Source of the DNA: Nanobdellota archaeon
Lineage (GTDB): Archaea > Nanobdellota > Nanobdellia > Pacearchaeales > GW2011-AR1
Assembly: GCA_018830245.1 (NCBI GenBank)
Contig: JAHJSW010000001.1
Coordinates: 1-36,843, forward strand
Reading direction: 5' to 3'
DNA: 36,843 nucleotides
Part shown: positions 9,594 through 19,337 of the stretch, piece by piece
Layout of the letters: each line of letters starts with the position of its first letter
Numbering within the stretch: the first letter of the stretch is position 1
Translations under genes and position numbers: made by a program
The notes under the pieces: model-generated
The model's database searches: none
What the model was told of the DNA's origin: nothing
What the model saw: the letters and a program-made list of their open reading frames with translations, nothing else

Positions 9594-12500
9594 ATGAAAT
9601 CAAAAAATAGAAAAATAGCGATTGCAGAAATTTTAATATTAGTACTGGGAATTTTTTCATTTTCCTACTTATTATATCAGACTATGCCTCTTATTTCTGC
9701 ACAAGATATTTTAGGATGTTGTACTGAAACAAATACTGGAGCAAAATGCCAAGACCTAGTGCTGGGAAGTGATGAATGTAAAGAAGCTCTGCTTCCAAGT
9801 CAGTGCAAAGACACTTCAAATTGTAAACTTGGGTGTTGTATTGATGAAGAAGAGGGTTTGTGTTCTGAAAAATCTCCAAAAGACCTATGTACTTCTGATG
9901 GAGGAACTTGGAAAGACAATGAAGTATGCAATATTATTGAGTGCCAAAAAGGATGTTGTGTTTTAGGAACTCAGACAAATTATGTAACAGATGCTAGATG
10001 TGGGAAACTCGCAGGATTTTACGGGATTGAAAAAGATTTTCGACAACAAATAAAAACAGAATTAGAATGTGTTTTGCTGGCAGAATCCCAAGAACACGGA
10101 GCGTGTATATTGGGAGAAGATGTTTGCAAGTTTACTACTCAAGGAGATTGTGTAAATAAAGAAGGAGAGTTTCACAAAGATGTTTTATGTTCTAATCCTT
10201 ATCTAGAAACTTCTTGTGAACAGCAAGTTTCTGTAGGCTGTGTTGAAGGATTAGATGAAATTTACTGGTTTGACTCGTGTGGAAATAGAGAGAATATTTA
10301 TAATGCAGATAAAAATGTTTCTTGGAATAATGGAGAGTTATTACCAAAAGATCAGAGCTGCAATCCTACTTCTGCAAATATTGAGTCAGAAACTTGTGGG
10401 AACTGCAATTATTTTTTAGGGAGTAAGTGTGGTAGTTCTGAAGAGATAAAAATAAAGGATGGAAATTTTATTTGCCAGGATTTAAATTGTTATAATACTT
10501 ATGATGGAAGTGACAGAGTAAATGGAGAGAGCTGGTGCATATATGATGCTTCTATTGGAACAGGAACAGATGTTGTTGGAAGTCGACACTGGAAACATAT
10601 GTGTATTGACGGAAAAGAAGTTGTAGAACCGTGCGCAGATTATAGGCAGGAAATCTGTGCAGAAGAAATAGTAGAAATTTCAACTGATAAAAAAGTTAGT
10701 ATGTCTAATTGCATTATCAATGAATGGAGATCTTGTTTTTCATATAATGAACTATCAGCAGATAAAATGGTCAAGAAGTGCTCGGAAAATCAGCACTGTT
10801 ATTTAAAATCATTATGGCACCCTGGTGGAAAAGTTGCGCAAGGCCCAATTCAGACATGTCTTCCAGAATATCCTCCAGGACTTATATTTTGGGGAGATCA
10901 GAGTTCTGCTTCACAAATTTGCAGTCCAGCCTCACAAAATTTAGATGTTACTGCAGTTAAAGAATGTGGATTTTTAGGAATAAGTGAGGAGTGGGTATAT
11001 GTTGCAAATGATGTTGCAAGAACAGAAACCTGGTCCCAGATAATGAATAAGTGGTGCACTAATCTTGGAGATTGTGGTGCTTATGTTAATATTGAAGGAG
11101 AGGTTACAACAGGAGGATATAGCACAAGTGGGGTAGCTCGTGCTCTTTCTGCAAGTTACTTATCCCAGTTAGCAAGTTTTAATATTCCAAACCCTGATGC
11201 AAAAGGAAAAATTTCTGGAATAGTTCCTATTGAAGAAGAGGAAGATACTAGCTGGACTACTCTTATAGGATATGGTGTATTAGGTCAATGGCTTTATGAA
11301 GGAATTGCAGGATTAGATGTTTTTGCAGGTGCGGTAATGAATCCAATGGGGACCTGGAGTGAAGCAGGATTTCTTAATTTTATGACTCAACCATATTTTG
11401 CTGCGCCAGCAGCAATTGTTGCATCATATTTTGCAGGACAGATGATTGGACAGTTAATGGGGCTTGATGAGGCATCTGCTCAGCAAGTTGGAATTGCGGG
11501 TGCTATTGGGGCTATTGGCTCTGTTGCTTATACTTCTTTTTTTGGAGGTGGTTTTAACGCAGTAACTTTTGGAACAACATTTATGTGGGGAATTATTGTT
11601 GCTGTTGTTGTAGCAATCTGGATGCAATTAAAGGGATGTGGAGAACAGGCAAAATGGAAAGCAGGATTTACCTGCAGAGCGTGGGATCCTCCGTCAGGAG
11701 GAAAGGATTGTGAAAAATGTAATGAAGGTGAAAAAGATTCTGATGGAAATTTATTTCACGAATGCTCAGAATATAGATGTAAAAGTTTAGGTGCTGCTTG
11801 TGAATTTATTAATGCTGGAACAACAGACCCTAAATGTATCTGGAGTAGGCCAAATGATGCGGCTTCTCCAGTAATCAGTCCGTGGCAAGAAAGTTTATCA
11901 AAAGGGTATAATTTTGAGACAAGTGCTTCTTGCCCGTCAACATGCTCAAATAAAGTAATTAGAAATAATGAATCTGGTTGTTTAGAAGCATATAAATCAA
12001 TTACTTTTGGGATACAAACAGATGAATATGCTAAATGTAAATTTGATACTTCAAATAAACAATATGAAGATATGGTTAATTCATTTACAGGATTATATAC
12101 AGAAAATCATTCAACAGTAATTATGTCCCCAGGAATAATCACTCTTGAAGCAGAATTAGAAAGATTAAGAAAGCAATTTAAAAATGAGACAGGAGAGCCA
12201 CTTGGACAAGAGTATATTGATAATATTATAAATAAATCAATTGATGGAACATTAAGATTATATATAAAATGTAAAGATGTAAATGGAAATACAAATTCTG
12301 CTCCTTTGTTAGTTGAGATGTGCTTAGACCCTGAACCAGACACAACTCCTCCACATGTTGTTTCAATTAATCCAAATAATAATCGAAAAATAGCATACGG
12401 GTTAACAGAACAAGATATTTTAATGTATGTAAATGAACCTGCAGAGTGCAAATATTCTTCTACAGATAAAATTTATGATGAAATGGAAAATTCTTTTGAC

Positions 12501-13220
12501 TGCCAGACAGAATTAAGTGAAGGAACAATAAAAGGATGGTTATGTGCAACTAAACTTACAAATCTGCAAAATGAAAATTCTTACTATATCAGATGCAAAG
12601 ATAAACCATATAGTGTGGAACAAGAGAGAAATGCAAATTTAGAGAGTTATAATTATGTAATTTCTAAATCATTGAGTGAACTTTCAATTAATTCGATTTC
12701 TCCAGATGGAGATGTTGGAGGGGGATTTGAACCAATTTCAGTTAGTCTTGAAGTAAAAACCTCTGGAGGAGCAAATAATGGCGTCTCTATTTGTTATTAT
12801 AAATGGGGGAATAACTGGATTTCTTTTATGGAGACAGATTCAAAATCCCATAAACAACAATTAAGTTTAGGAAAAGGAAGTTATTCAGTAGAAATAAAAT
12901 GTGTTGATGAAGCAGAGAATGAAGCTTATGGAGAAACTAGTTTTCATTTAAACTTAGATACTTCTCCACCAAGTGTAGCGAGAGCATATAAAGAAGGGAA
13001 TAAATTAATTGTAATCACAGATGAAAAAGCAGAATGTTTTTATCATCCTAATAAATGTTATTTTGATATAGAAAATGCAACTTTAATGACCACTGTATTT
13101 TCAAGAGAGCATAGTGCAGAATGGATTACTGGACAAGTGTATCATATAAAATGCATAGATATTTGGGGGAATAAAGCTGACGGATGCAGTATGAAAATAT
13201 TTCCGAATTCATTAGTTTAA
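9594..13220 (+). CDS. Giant Cys-rich surface protein (1208 aa), fused form
   Basis: Pilin-like N-terminus RK|IAIAEIL; GCC repeats; central Gly/Ala hydrophobic segment; C-terminal Ig-like repeats (DTTPP, NEPAECK, RCKD). Confidence 0.8.
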   Translation: MKSKNRKIAIAEILILVLGIFSFSYLLYQTMPLISAQDILGCCTETNTGAKCQDLVLGSDECKEALLPSQCKDTSNCKLGCCIDEEEGLCSEKSPKDLCTSDGGTWKDNEVCNIIECQKGCCVLGTQTNYVTDARCGKLAGFYGIEKDFRQQIKTELECVLLAESQEHGACILGEDVCKFTTQGDCVNKEGEFHKDVLCSNPYLETSCEQQVSVGCVEGLDEIYWFDSCGNRENIYNADKNVSWNNGELLPKDQSCNPTSANIESETCGNCNYFLGSKCGSSEEIKIKDGNFICQDLNCYNTYDGSDRVNGESWCIYDASIGTGTDVVGSRHWKHMCIDGKEVVEPCADYRQEICAEEIVEISTDKKVSMSNCIINEWRSCFSYNELSADKMVKKCSENQHCYLKSLWHPGGKVAQGPIQTCLPEYPPGLIFWGDQSSASQICSPASQNLDVTAVKECGFLGISEEWVYVANDVARTETWSQIMNKWCTNLGDCGAYVNIEGEVTTGGYSTSGVARALSASYLSQLASFNIPNPDAKGKISGIVPIEEEEDTSWTTLIGYGVLGQWLYEGIAGLDVFAGAVMNPMGTWSEAGFLNFMTQPYFAAPAAIVASYFAGQMIGQLMGLDEASAQQVGIAGAIGAIGSVAYTSFFGGGFNAVTFGTTFMWGIIVAVVVAIWMQLKGCGEQAKWKAGFTCRAWDPPSGGKDCEKCNEGEKDSDGNLFHECSEYRCKSLGAACEFINAGTTDPKCIWSRPNDAASPVISPWQESLSKGYNFETSASCPSTCSNKVIRNNESGCLEAYKSITFGIQTDEYAKCKFDTSNKQYEDMVNSFTGLYTENHSTVIMSPGIITLEAELERLRKQFKNETGEPLGQEYIDNIINKSIDGTLRLYIKCKDVNGNTNSAPLLVEMCLDPEPDTTPPHVVSINPNNNRKIAYGLTEQDILMYVNEPAECKYSSTDKIYDEMENSFDCQTELSEGTIKGWLCATKLTNLQNENSYYIRCKDKPYSVEQERNANLESYNYVISKSLSELSINSISPDGDVGGGFEPISVSLEVKTSGGANNGVSICYYKWGNNWISFMETDSKSHKQQLSLGKGSYSVEIKCVDEAENEAYGETSFHLNLDTSPPSVARAYKEGNKLIVITDEKAECFYHPNKCYFDIENATLMTTVFSREHSAEWITGQVYHIKCIDIWGNKADGCSMKIFPNSLV

Positions 13221-13265
13221 CAAAAATTTTTAAACAGAAATACCGTATAAAAAAAAGGAGACAAT

Positions 13266-14069
13266 ATGAAAAAAAGAGGTGAGGACGCGAATAATAGAAA
13301 AGGTCAGATTACAATTTTTATAATTCTTGCAATAGTTGTTGTAGTTCTTGGAATTGTTTTATACTTTTTTTATCCTAAAATAATCTCAAACTTTGGATTT
13401 GAATCAAATCCCTCATTATATATGGAGTCCTGCATTAAAGAAGACCTAACAAATACTGTTGAAAAAATATCTTCTCAGGGAGGAAGTTTAGAACCAGAAC
13501 ACTATATTATGTATCAAGGAAACAAAATAGAATATCTTTGTTATACTGAAGAATATTATACTACTTGCATAATGCAACAACCAATGTTAAAACAGCATAT
13601 TGAAAAAGAAGTTCAAGAAGCAATTAAAAGTAAGGTAAGTGAATGCTTTGATCTTTTAAAAGAAGATTATGAGAAAAAAGGATATTCTGTGAATTTAAAA
13701 AAAGGAGAGATTAGTATTGAACTCCTCCCTCAAAGAATTATTGCTTTGTTTAATTCTACATTGACTATTAAAAAAGAAGAATCTCAAAAATATGATTCAA
13801 TTAAAATTGTTTTAAATAATAATCTTTATGAGTTAGTGAGTATTGCCAATAGTATCTTAAACTGGGAGGCTCGTTACGGAGATTCTGAAACAACAACATA
13901 TATGGATTATTATCATGATCTAAAAGTTGAGAAAAAGAAACAATCAGAAGGCTCAACAATTTATATTTTAACAGATAGAACAAGTGAAAATAAATTTCAG
14001 TTTGCATCAAGGAGTGTTGCATGGCCTCCAGGATATGGAATTGATAAAGTTTATATTGAAAATGCGTAA
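13266..14069 (+). CDS. Class III signal-peptide (type IV pilin-like) protein, copy B
   Basis: RKG|QITIFIILAIVVVV; AAGGAG SD upstream; paralog of 8832..9593. Confidence 0.75.
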   Translation: MKKRGEDANNRKGQITIFIILAIVVVVLGIVLYFFYPKIISNFGFESNPSLYMESCIKEDLTNTVEKISSQGGSLEPEHYIMYQGNKIEYLCYTEEYYTTCIMQQPMLKQHIEKEVQEAIKSKVSECFDLLKEDYEKKGYSVNLKKGEISIELLPQRIIALFNSTLTIKKEESQKYDSIKIVLNNNLYELVSIANSILNWEARYGDSETTTYMDYYHDLKVEKKKQSEGSTIYILTDRTSENKFQFASRSVAWPPGYGIDKVYIENA

Positions 14070-15918
14070 AAAAAATATATTTATTTTAGGACTTGGAATT
14101 TTCTTACTAGGAGTTCTGCCATTTATTTCAGCAATAGAAATTTCTTATTGTTGTGAAAAAACAGTTGATGGTGCGTGGTGCCAGAATGCTCCTGAAGAAA
14201 GATGCGATGATGATTTTAGAAAAGTCCCTGCTTCTTGTGATGCTACTTCTTATTGTAAACTTGGATGTTGTTATGACAGTCAGGAAGGAACTTGCATGGA
14301 AAATACTCCTCAAAAAGTTTGTGATGGCCCTGAAGAAAACGACCCTCACGGAATTTGGTCTGGAGATAGTACTGAATGTGATATTCCCCAGTGTAGTTTA
14401 GGGTGTTGTTTAATTGGAGATCAGGCAGCGTTTGTAACACAAACTAGATGTAAAAGACTCTCTTCATTATATGGATTAGAAATTAATTTTAGAACAGATC
14501 TTTCTAATGAGGTTTTGTGCATCCAAAGTGCGACATCAGAAGTAAAAGGGGCTTGTGTTTTTGAGAAAGAGTATGAAAAAACTTGTAAATTTATCTCTAA
14601 AAGAGAATGTTTAGAAATGAGTTCTGGTAATGAGACAGGAGAGTTTCACGAAGGTTATTTATGTTCTGCTGAAAATCTAGGAACAAATTGCGGACCTACA
14701 GAAAAAACAGTTTGTGTTGAAGAGTATGATGAAGTTTATTTTGTTGATAGTTGTGGGAACTTAGCAAATATTTATGATGCGTCTAAAATAAAAAATAAAA
14801 ATTACTGGTCAAAAATTGTAGGAAAAGCAGAAAGTTGTGGATTTGGTCAGTCAAATGCAGATTCTTCTAGTTGTGGAAATTGTGATTATTATCTTGGAAG
14901 CAGTTGTAAGGCATATAAAGTTGGGCAGGATAAAGTTCGTCCAAGTTATGGGAATAATCTCTGCAGGGACTTAGGTTGTAAGTATGATGGAGAAGACTAT
15001 GAACACGGAGAGACTTGGTGTATTTATGAAAATCAGGTAGGAAAAGGAAGAGATGTTGTTGGAAGCAGACATATAAGAGCGATTTGTTATAATGGGGATG
15101 TTTTAACAGAACCTTGTGCAGATTTCAGACAGGAAATTTGTCTTCAAGAAGAAATAGAAACTACAAAAGGAGAGTTTTTTAGCTCAGCTTGTGTTGTTAA
15201 TCGATGGCAAGATTGTGTTGCTCAGACAAATAGAAAAAATTGTGAAAATATAGATAAAAGAGAGTGCACATGGCTAACTGACGGGGGTTTAATGTCGCAC
15301 CAGTCATATGAAGCAGAGGAAGGAGATTTAACAGATTCTAGTTCAGATAGTAGTCCAAGTTCATCAAGCAGTACTACAACTGCAGATACAACTACTAATT
15401 CAAATTCCACAATTACTGGAGGAGTGATTACTGGCGCATTTATTGGAGGGATTTTTGGAGGAAGTGATGATTCTGAGGAAGAGTATAGTGATGCTCCAAC
15501 AATAATTAAAGGTGCTTGTGTTCCAAGTTATCCTCCTGGTTTAGAATTTTGGTCAGATGGAGAGACCAGGCAGGTTTGTTCTCAGGCAGATTTTGTCTGT
15601 TATGTTGAATTTGCAAAAAAAGGCTATTTCTTTTCACATGAAGCAGAGTGTGTAAAAAATTGTGAGTGCTTGTCTAATTCATGGGTAGCAAAACAAAATA
15701 GAATTTGTAATGGTCTTGGGGATTGTGGTGCTTATGTTAATATAGAAAAGAAATTCACTTCAGGAGGAATGAGTGTAAAGAAAGGAACTGTTCCAAGTAA
15801 CTTTAGTGAAGGATTAATAGAAGGATTATACAAGGATTTATTTGTAGGAATCTTTGAGGATGTTTTTGAAGGAGTATTTGATATTGGAGATATTTTTGGA
15901 GGAGGTCTTGGGTTTTAG
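14062..15918 (+). CDS. Cys-rich secreted protein, paralog of the N-terminal half of the 1208-aa protein
   Basis: Start reassigned to ATG 14062 (MRKKNIFILGLG signal peptide). Shares CKLGCC, DSCGN..NIY.A, CGNC.Y.LGS.C, GE.WCIY, DVVGSRH and LGDCGAYVNIE with 9594..13220. Confidence 0.8.
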   Translation: MRKKNIFILGLGIFLLGVLPFISAIEISYCCEKTVDGAWCQNAPEERCDDDFRKVPASCDATSYCKLGCCYDSQEGTCMENTPQKVCDGPEENDPHGIWSGDSTECDIPQCSLGCCLIGDQAAFVTQTRCKRLSSLYGLEINFRTDLSNEVLCIQSATSEVKGACVFEKEYEKTCKFISKRECLEMSSGNETGEFHEGYLCSAENLGTNCGPTEKTVCVEEYDEVYFVDSCGNLANIYDASKIKNKNYWSKIVGKAESCGFGQSNADSSSCGNCDYYLGSSCKAYKVGQDKVRPSYGNNLCRDLGCKYDGEDYEHGETWCIYENQVGKGRDVVGSRHIRAICYNGDVLTEPCADFRQEICLQEEIETTKGEFFSSACVVNRWQDCVAQTNRKNCENIDKRECTWLTDGGLMSHQSYEAEEGDLTDSSSDSSPSSSSSTTTADTTTNSNSTITGGVITGAFIGGIFGGSDDSEEEYSDAPTIIKGACVPSYPPGLEFWSDGETRQVCSQADFVCYVEFAKKGYFFSHEAECVKNCECLSNSWVAKQNRICNGLGDCGAYVNIEKKFTSGGMSVKKGTVPSNFSEGLIEGLYKDLFVGIFEDVFEGVFDIGDIFGGGLGF

Positions 15919-15975
15919 TGATACTACTTCATAGTAACATTTAAATATGATGGAAACAACAAAAAAATAAGGAAA

Positions 15976-16557
15976 ATGGGATTAAGACAAAAACTGATAG
16001 CAGGGGCAGGAGCATGTACATTAGCTGTAACTACGACTTTGTTGTCTGGATGCGGAAGTATGACCCAAAGAGAGAGAACTGAAATACTAGGACTCGCAGC
16101 ATTTGGACTTCCAGGATATGCTCTTGCAAGGTTATCTAATCAAGAGCAGGAAGAACAGCAAAGAAAACCTCAAAAACAAGAAGAACGTGCTTTTTTTACA
16201 TATGGGTTTGATAAAGACTTAAATGGAGATGGGATTTTAAGTCCAGATGAATTTTTTGAGATGGGGAAAAAAATATTTGACTTACGTACTGAAATGATGA
16301 GTGTAGGATTTTTTAAAGAAGATTATGAAGGACCTGTTCTTTTTAGAGCATTCACAAAATCAGGAAAAGAGATTGGAAGAAACATAAGAATAAATTCTAA
16401 AGGAAGATGCTTAGTTACATATACTGGTCCAGGAACAGAAGGGGATGATTTTATGGAGAAGATTAAAAAACAAGGTCCAGGAAAATACGATGTTACAGCT
16501 ACTATTCTAAAGAATGGAGAAACATATAAATTAGAATTAGAGATAACTAACAAATAA
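15976..16557 (+). CDS. Putative lipoprotein with EF-hand-like loop
   Basis: Lipobox-like LLSG|C; DKDLNGDGILSPDEF Dx[DN]xDG loop; TTTAAATA upstream. Confidence 0.6.
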   Translation: MGLRQKLIAGAGACTLAVTTTLLSGCGSMTQRERTEILGLAAFGLPGYALARLSNQEQEEQQRKPQKQEERAFFTYGFDKDLNGDGILSPDEFFEMGKKIFDLRTEMMSVGFFKEDYEGPVLFRAFTKSGKEIGRNIRINSKGRCLVTYTGPGTEGDDFMEKIKKQGPGKYDVTATILKNGETYKLELEITNK

Positions 16558-16560
16558 AAA

Positions 16561-18576
16561 ATGTACTTAAAAAAGAGGTTTGATAAAAGAGGTAAGATTG
16601 CAATTTTAGAGATATTTATTCTCTTGCTTGGAATTATCGCAATTTCTTATGCAATTGGAAGTGAGATTAAACTTATAAAAGCAAGAGCTAAGGTCCCCCC
16701 AGCTACAGAAAATCCTACTAAGAACCCTCCACTAGGAGATCTCTCTGGAGGAGCAGTTCAAAAAGGAGCGGGAGGAGCAGAAGCTGCTACAGGAACAGCA
16801 ACCACAATTATGAATGGGTTTTTATGGGCAACAATAATTATCACTGCGCTAAAAATGTTTGGGATTACTCTCGGAGATAGCAAGTATACTACAAAAGCAT
16901 TAAGAGCAGGGGCGTTCTGGGGAGTAATGTCATATTATATTACCGACGCTATTGACCCAACATGGGCTGCTGAAAAAGGATGGTGGGATGTTTCTCAAGG
17001 CGCATGGGTTGGAATAGGTGTTGGACTGCTTATTTTTGAAGCAACATATAAAAAAGTAAAAGTTATTCCTGTTACATTTAACTGTCTTCCGTGGGAAGCG
17101 CCGACAGGAGGAGGAGATTGTGAGAAATGCAACGAAAGAGAAGTATGCAGTGAGTATATGTGTAAAAGTTTGGGACAGGCATGTGAATTAATTAACAAAG
17201 GAACAGAAGAAGAAGCATGTGCATGGGTAAATCCTCATGATGTAACACCTCCAATAATTGAGACCTGGGAAGATGCATTACTTCCTGATTACAAATATTC
17301 TCCTGACAATACAATTTCTCCACCTGATAGAGGAGTAAAAGTAATAAACACTAAATCAACAACAGACTGTGCAAAAGCATTCACCCCACTTTCCTTTGGA
17401 ATCACTCTTGATGAACCAGGGAAATGTAAAATAGATTATATAAGAAAAGGCAGTTTTGATGAGATGGCTTATTTATTTGGAGAGAGTGGCACACTAAAAT
17501 ACGAACATACTCAGACAATGAGTCTTCCTGGACCAGAAGCATTTAAAGAAGAAAATATCACACTTCAAAATGATGGAGAGTATGAATTATATGTAAGATG
17601 CCAGGATGCAAATGGAAATTATAATACTGCGAATTTTGTATTTAGATATTGTGTAGAAAAAGGGCCTGATACAACCCCTCCTCTGATTGTTAACACAAAT
17701 TTACTGAACAATATGCCTATTGCATATAATCAAACTTCTCTTGAGATTGAAGTTTATGTAAATGAACCTGCAGAGTGTAAATGGAGTCATAGAGACCAAG
17801 ATTATGATAAGATGGAAGAACAGATGGTATGTTCTTCTAGTATATTTGAAATGAATGCGCAAATGCTTTATGAATGCTCAACAAAACTTACTGGAATAGT
17901 AAGTAAAGAAAAAAATTCATTTTACTTTAGATGCAAAGATAAACCAAGAGCGACAAGTGATAGAAATACTAACACAGAATCATATGTTTTTAATGTGCTT
18001 GGAACACAACCACTAGTAATAAGCACTGTAGAACCAAATAATACACTTGTAAAAGATTCTACAGAGTCGGTAAAAGTAACTATTAAAGTTGAAACAGCTG
18101 CAGGGCATGAAGATGGAAAATCAATCTGCTATTATAGTGAGACAGATGATGAGGAAGATTATATTATGTTTTATAAAACTCAGTCACATGTACACGCCCA
18201 AGAATTATGGTTATCTGAAGGAAGGTATGATTATTTTATAAAATGCGTTGATCTTGGAGGGAATTCAGATAAAAGAAGCATAAATTTTGATGTTGAATCA
18301 GATATCAGTGCTCCTTCTGTAGTAAGAGTTTATCATGAAGAATCATACTTAAAATTAATTACAAATGAAAAAGCAGAGTGTGTTTATGATACAATGAATT
18401 GTAATTATCAGTTTGATGACGGGACATCAATCTCAGTAATAAATGAGGTTAATCACTATACTGACTGGGATACTAAAAAAGAATTTTTTATAAAATGCCA
18501 AGACGAATATAGAAACCAACCTCTTCCAAACGAATGCAGTATAATTGTAAGACCATTAGAACTTGGGTTTCGATAG
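16561..18576 (+). CDS. Pilin-like-signal protein, paralog of the C-terminal half of the 1208-aa protein
   Basis: KRG|KIAILEIFILL; shares F.C..W..P.GG.DCEKCN, CSEY.CKSLG.ACE, YVNEPAECK and RCKDKP with 9594..13220. Confidence 0.8.
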   Translation: MYLKKRFDKRGKIAILEIFILLLGIIAISYAIGSEIKLIKARAKVPPATENPTKNPPLGDLSGGAVQKGAGGAEAATGTATTIMNGFLWATIIITALKMFGITLGDSKYTTKALRAGAFWGVMSYYITDAIDPTWAAEKGWWDVSQGAWVGIGVGLLIFEATYKKVKVIPVTFNCLPWEAPTGGGDCEKCNEREVCSEYMCKSLGQACELINKGTEEEACAWVNPHDVTPPIIETWEDALLPDYKYSPDNTISPPDRGVKVINTKSTTDCAKAFTPLSFGITLDEPGKCKIDYIRKGSFDEMAYLFGESGTLKYEHTQTMSLPGPEAFKEENITLQNDGEYELYVRCQDANGNYNTANFVFRYCVEKGPDTTPPLIVNTNLLNNMPIAYNQTSLEIEVYVNEPAECKWSHRDQDYDKMEEQMVCSSSIFEMNAQMLYECSTKLTGIVSKEKNSFYFRCKDKPRATSDRNTNTESYVFNVLGTQPLVISTVEPNNTLVKDSTESVKVTIKVETAAGHEDGKSICYYSETDDEEDYIMFYKTQSHVHAQELWLSEGRYDYFIKCVDLGGNSDKRSINFDVESDISAPSVVRVYHEESYLKLITNEKAECVYDTMNCNYQFDDGTSISVINEVNHYTDWDTKKEFFIKCQDEYRNQPLPNECSIIVRPLELGFR

Positions 18577-18612
18577 AGGGAGATAGGGATAATAACTTTC
18601 TTTTTTGTTTCT

Positions 18613-18978
18613 TTATTTAACAAATTCAACATTTTTAAATTTCTCAAATTCCTTATCTCCAGTGAGAAAAAGAAGATTATTTTCTAATGCATAGGTATAA
18701 CCAATGCAATCTGCATAAGATAGATTCTTTTTTTTATTTTTAATTCTAAATTTTACTGCCTTTTTTAAGACCTTGTCATTAGCATTAATAACAAAATACC
18801 TAAATTTTTCATAGATTTCATCAGCAATTTTTTCTCCATACTCCCGTAAAGCAAACCAATAAATTTCGACTAAATTAAAAACAGTCATTGCAAAAGGTTC
18901 TTGAGAGTAACGAGCATACATAGGATTTCCATCAAGAAGTTCAATTACTGCATAGCTATCAAAGAAATATCCTACCAT
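18613..18978 (-). CDS. vapC: VapC-family PIN-domain toxin
   Basis: YFFDSYA, E, LSYADC and LTGDKEF acidic PIN motifs; 121 aa. Confidence 0.9.
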   Translation of the reverse strand: MVGYFFDSYAVIELLDGNPMYARYSQEPFAMTVFNLVEIYWFALREYGEKIADEIYEKFRYFVINANDKVLKKAVKFRIKNKKKNLSYADCIGYTYALENNLLFLTGDKEFEKFKNVEFVK

Positions 18979-19184
18979 CCTTTTCTCATTTCGTCTTTTA
19001 TTTTTTGAGCCCTCTGCTTAGATTTGCGAGGAAACATTCCAAAAAAGTCTCTTGCAAGGAGATTTTTCTTAATTTCTATTGTAATTTCATGGTTTTCTTT
19101 AATTTTATGTGCCTCTACAAATATCTTAGGAAGAATAATTGCCAGTGAATTCCCCCATTTTCTTGGTCTTGTCTTTATTTCCAT
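18972..19184 (-). CDS. vapB: AbrB/MazE-type antitoxin
   Basis: RKWGNSLAIILPK motif; overlaps the start of vapC. Confidence 0.85.
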   Translation of the reverse strand: MEIKTRPRKWGNSLAIILPKIFVEAHKIKENHEITIEIKKNLLARDFFGMFPRKSKQRAQKIKDEMRKGW

Positions 19185-19337
19185 GATACATAATGATACT
19201 TTATGATATTTAAATGTTTTGATTTTGCAATTTTAAGAAAACCCAAAATTTAGATGTAAAATAAATATGATAAATATTAGAGGAACACAACTTTTTCTTT
19301 TATAAAACCTTATAAATAATCTTTTTTTAATTCAAGT

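Noticed and set aside
13984-14061. Track start (GTG) for the 644-aa ORF
   Set aside because: Overlaps the upstream gene; the signal peptide begins at ATG 14062.
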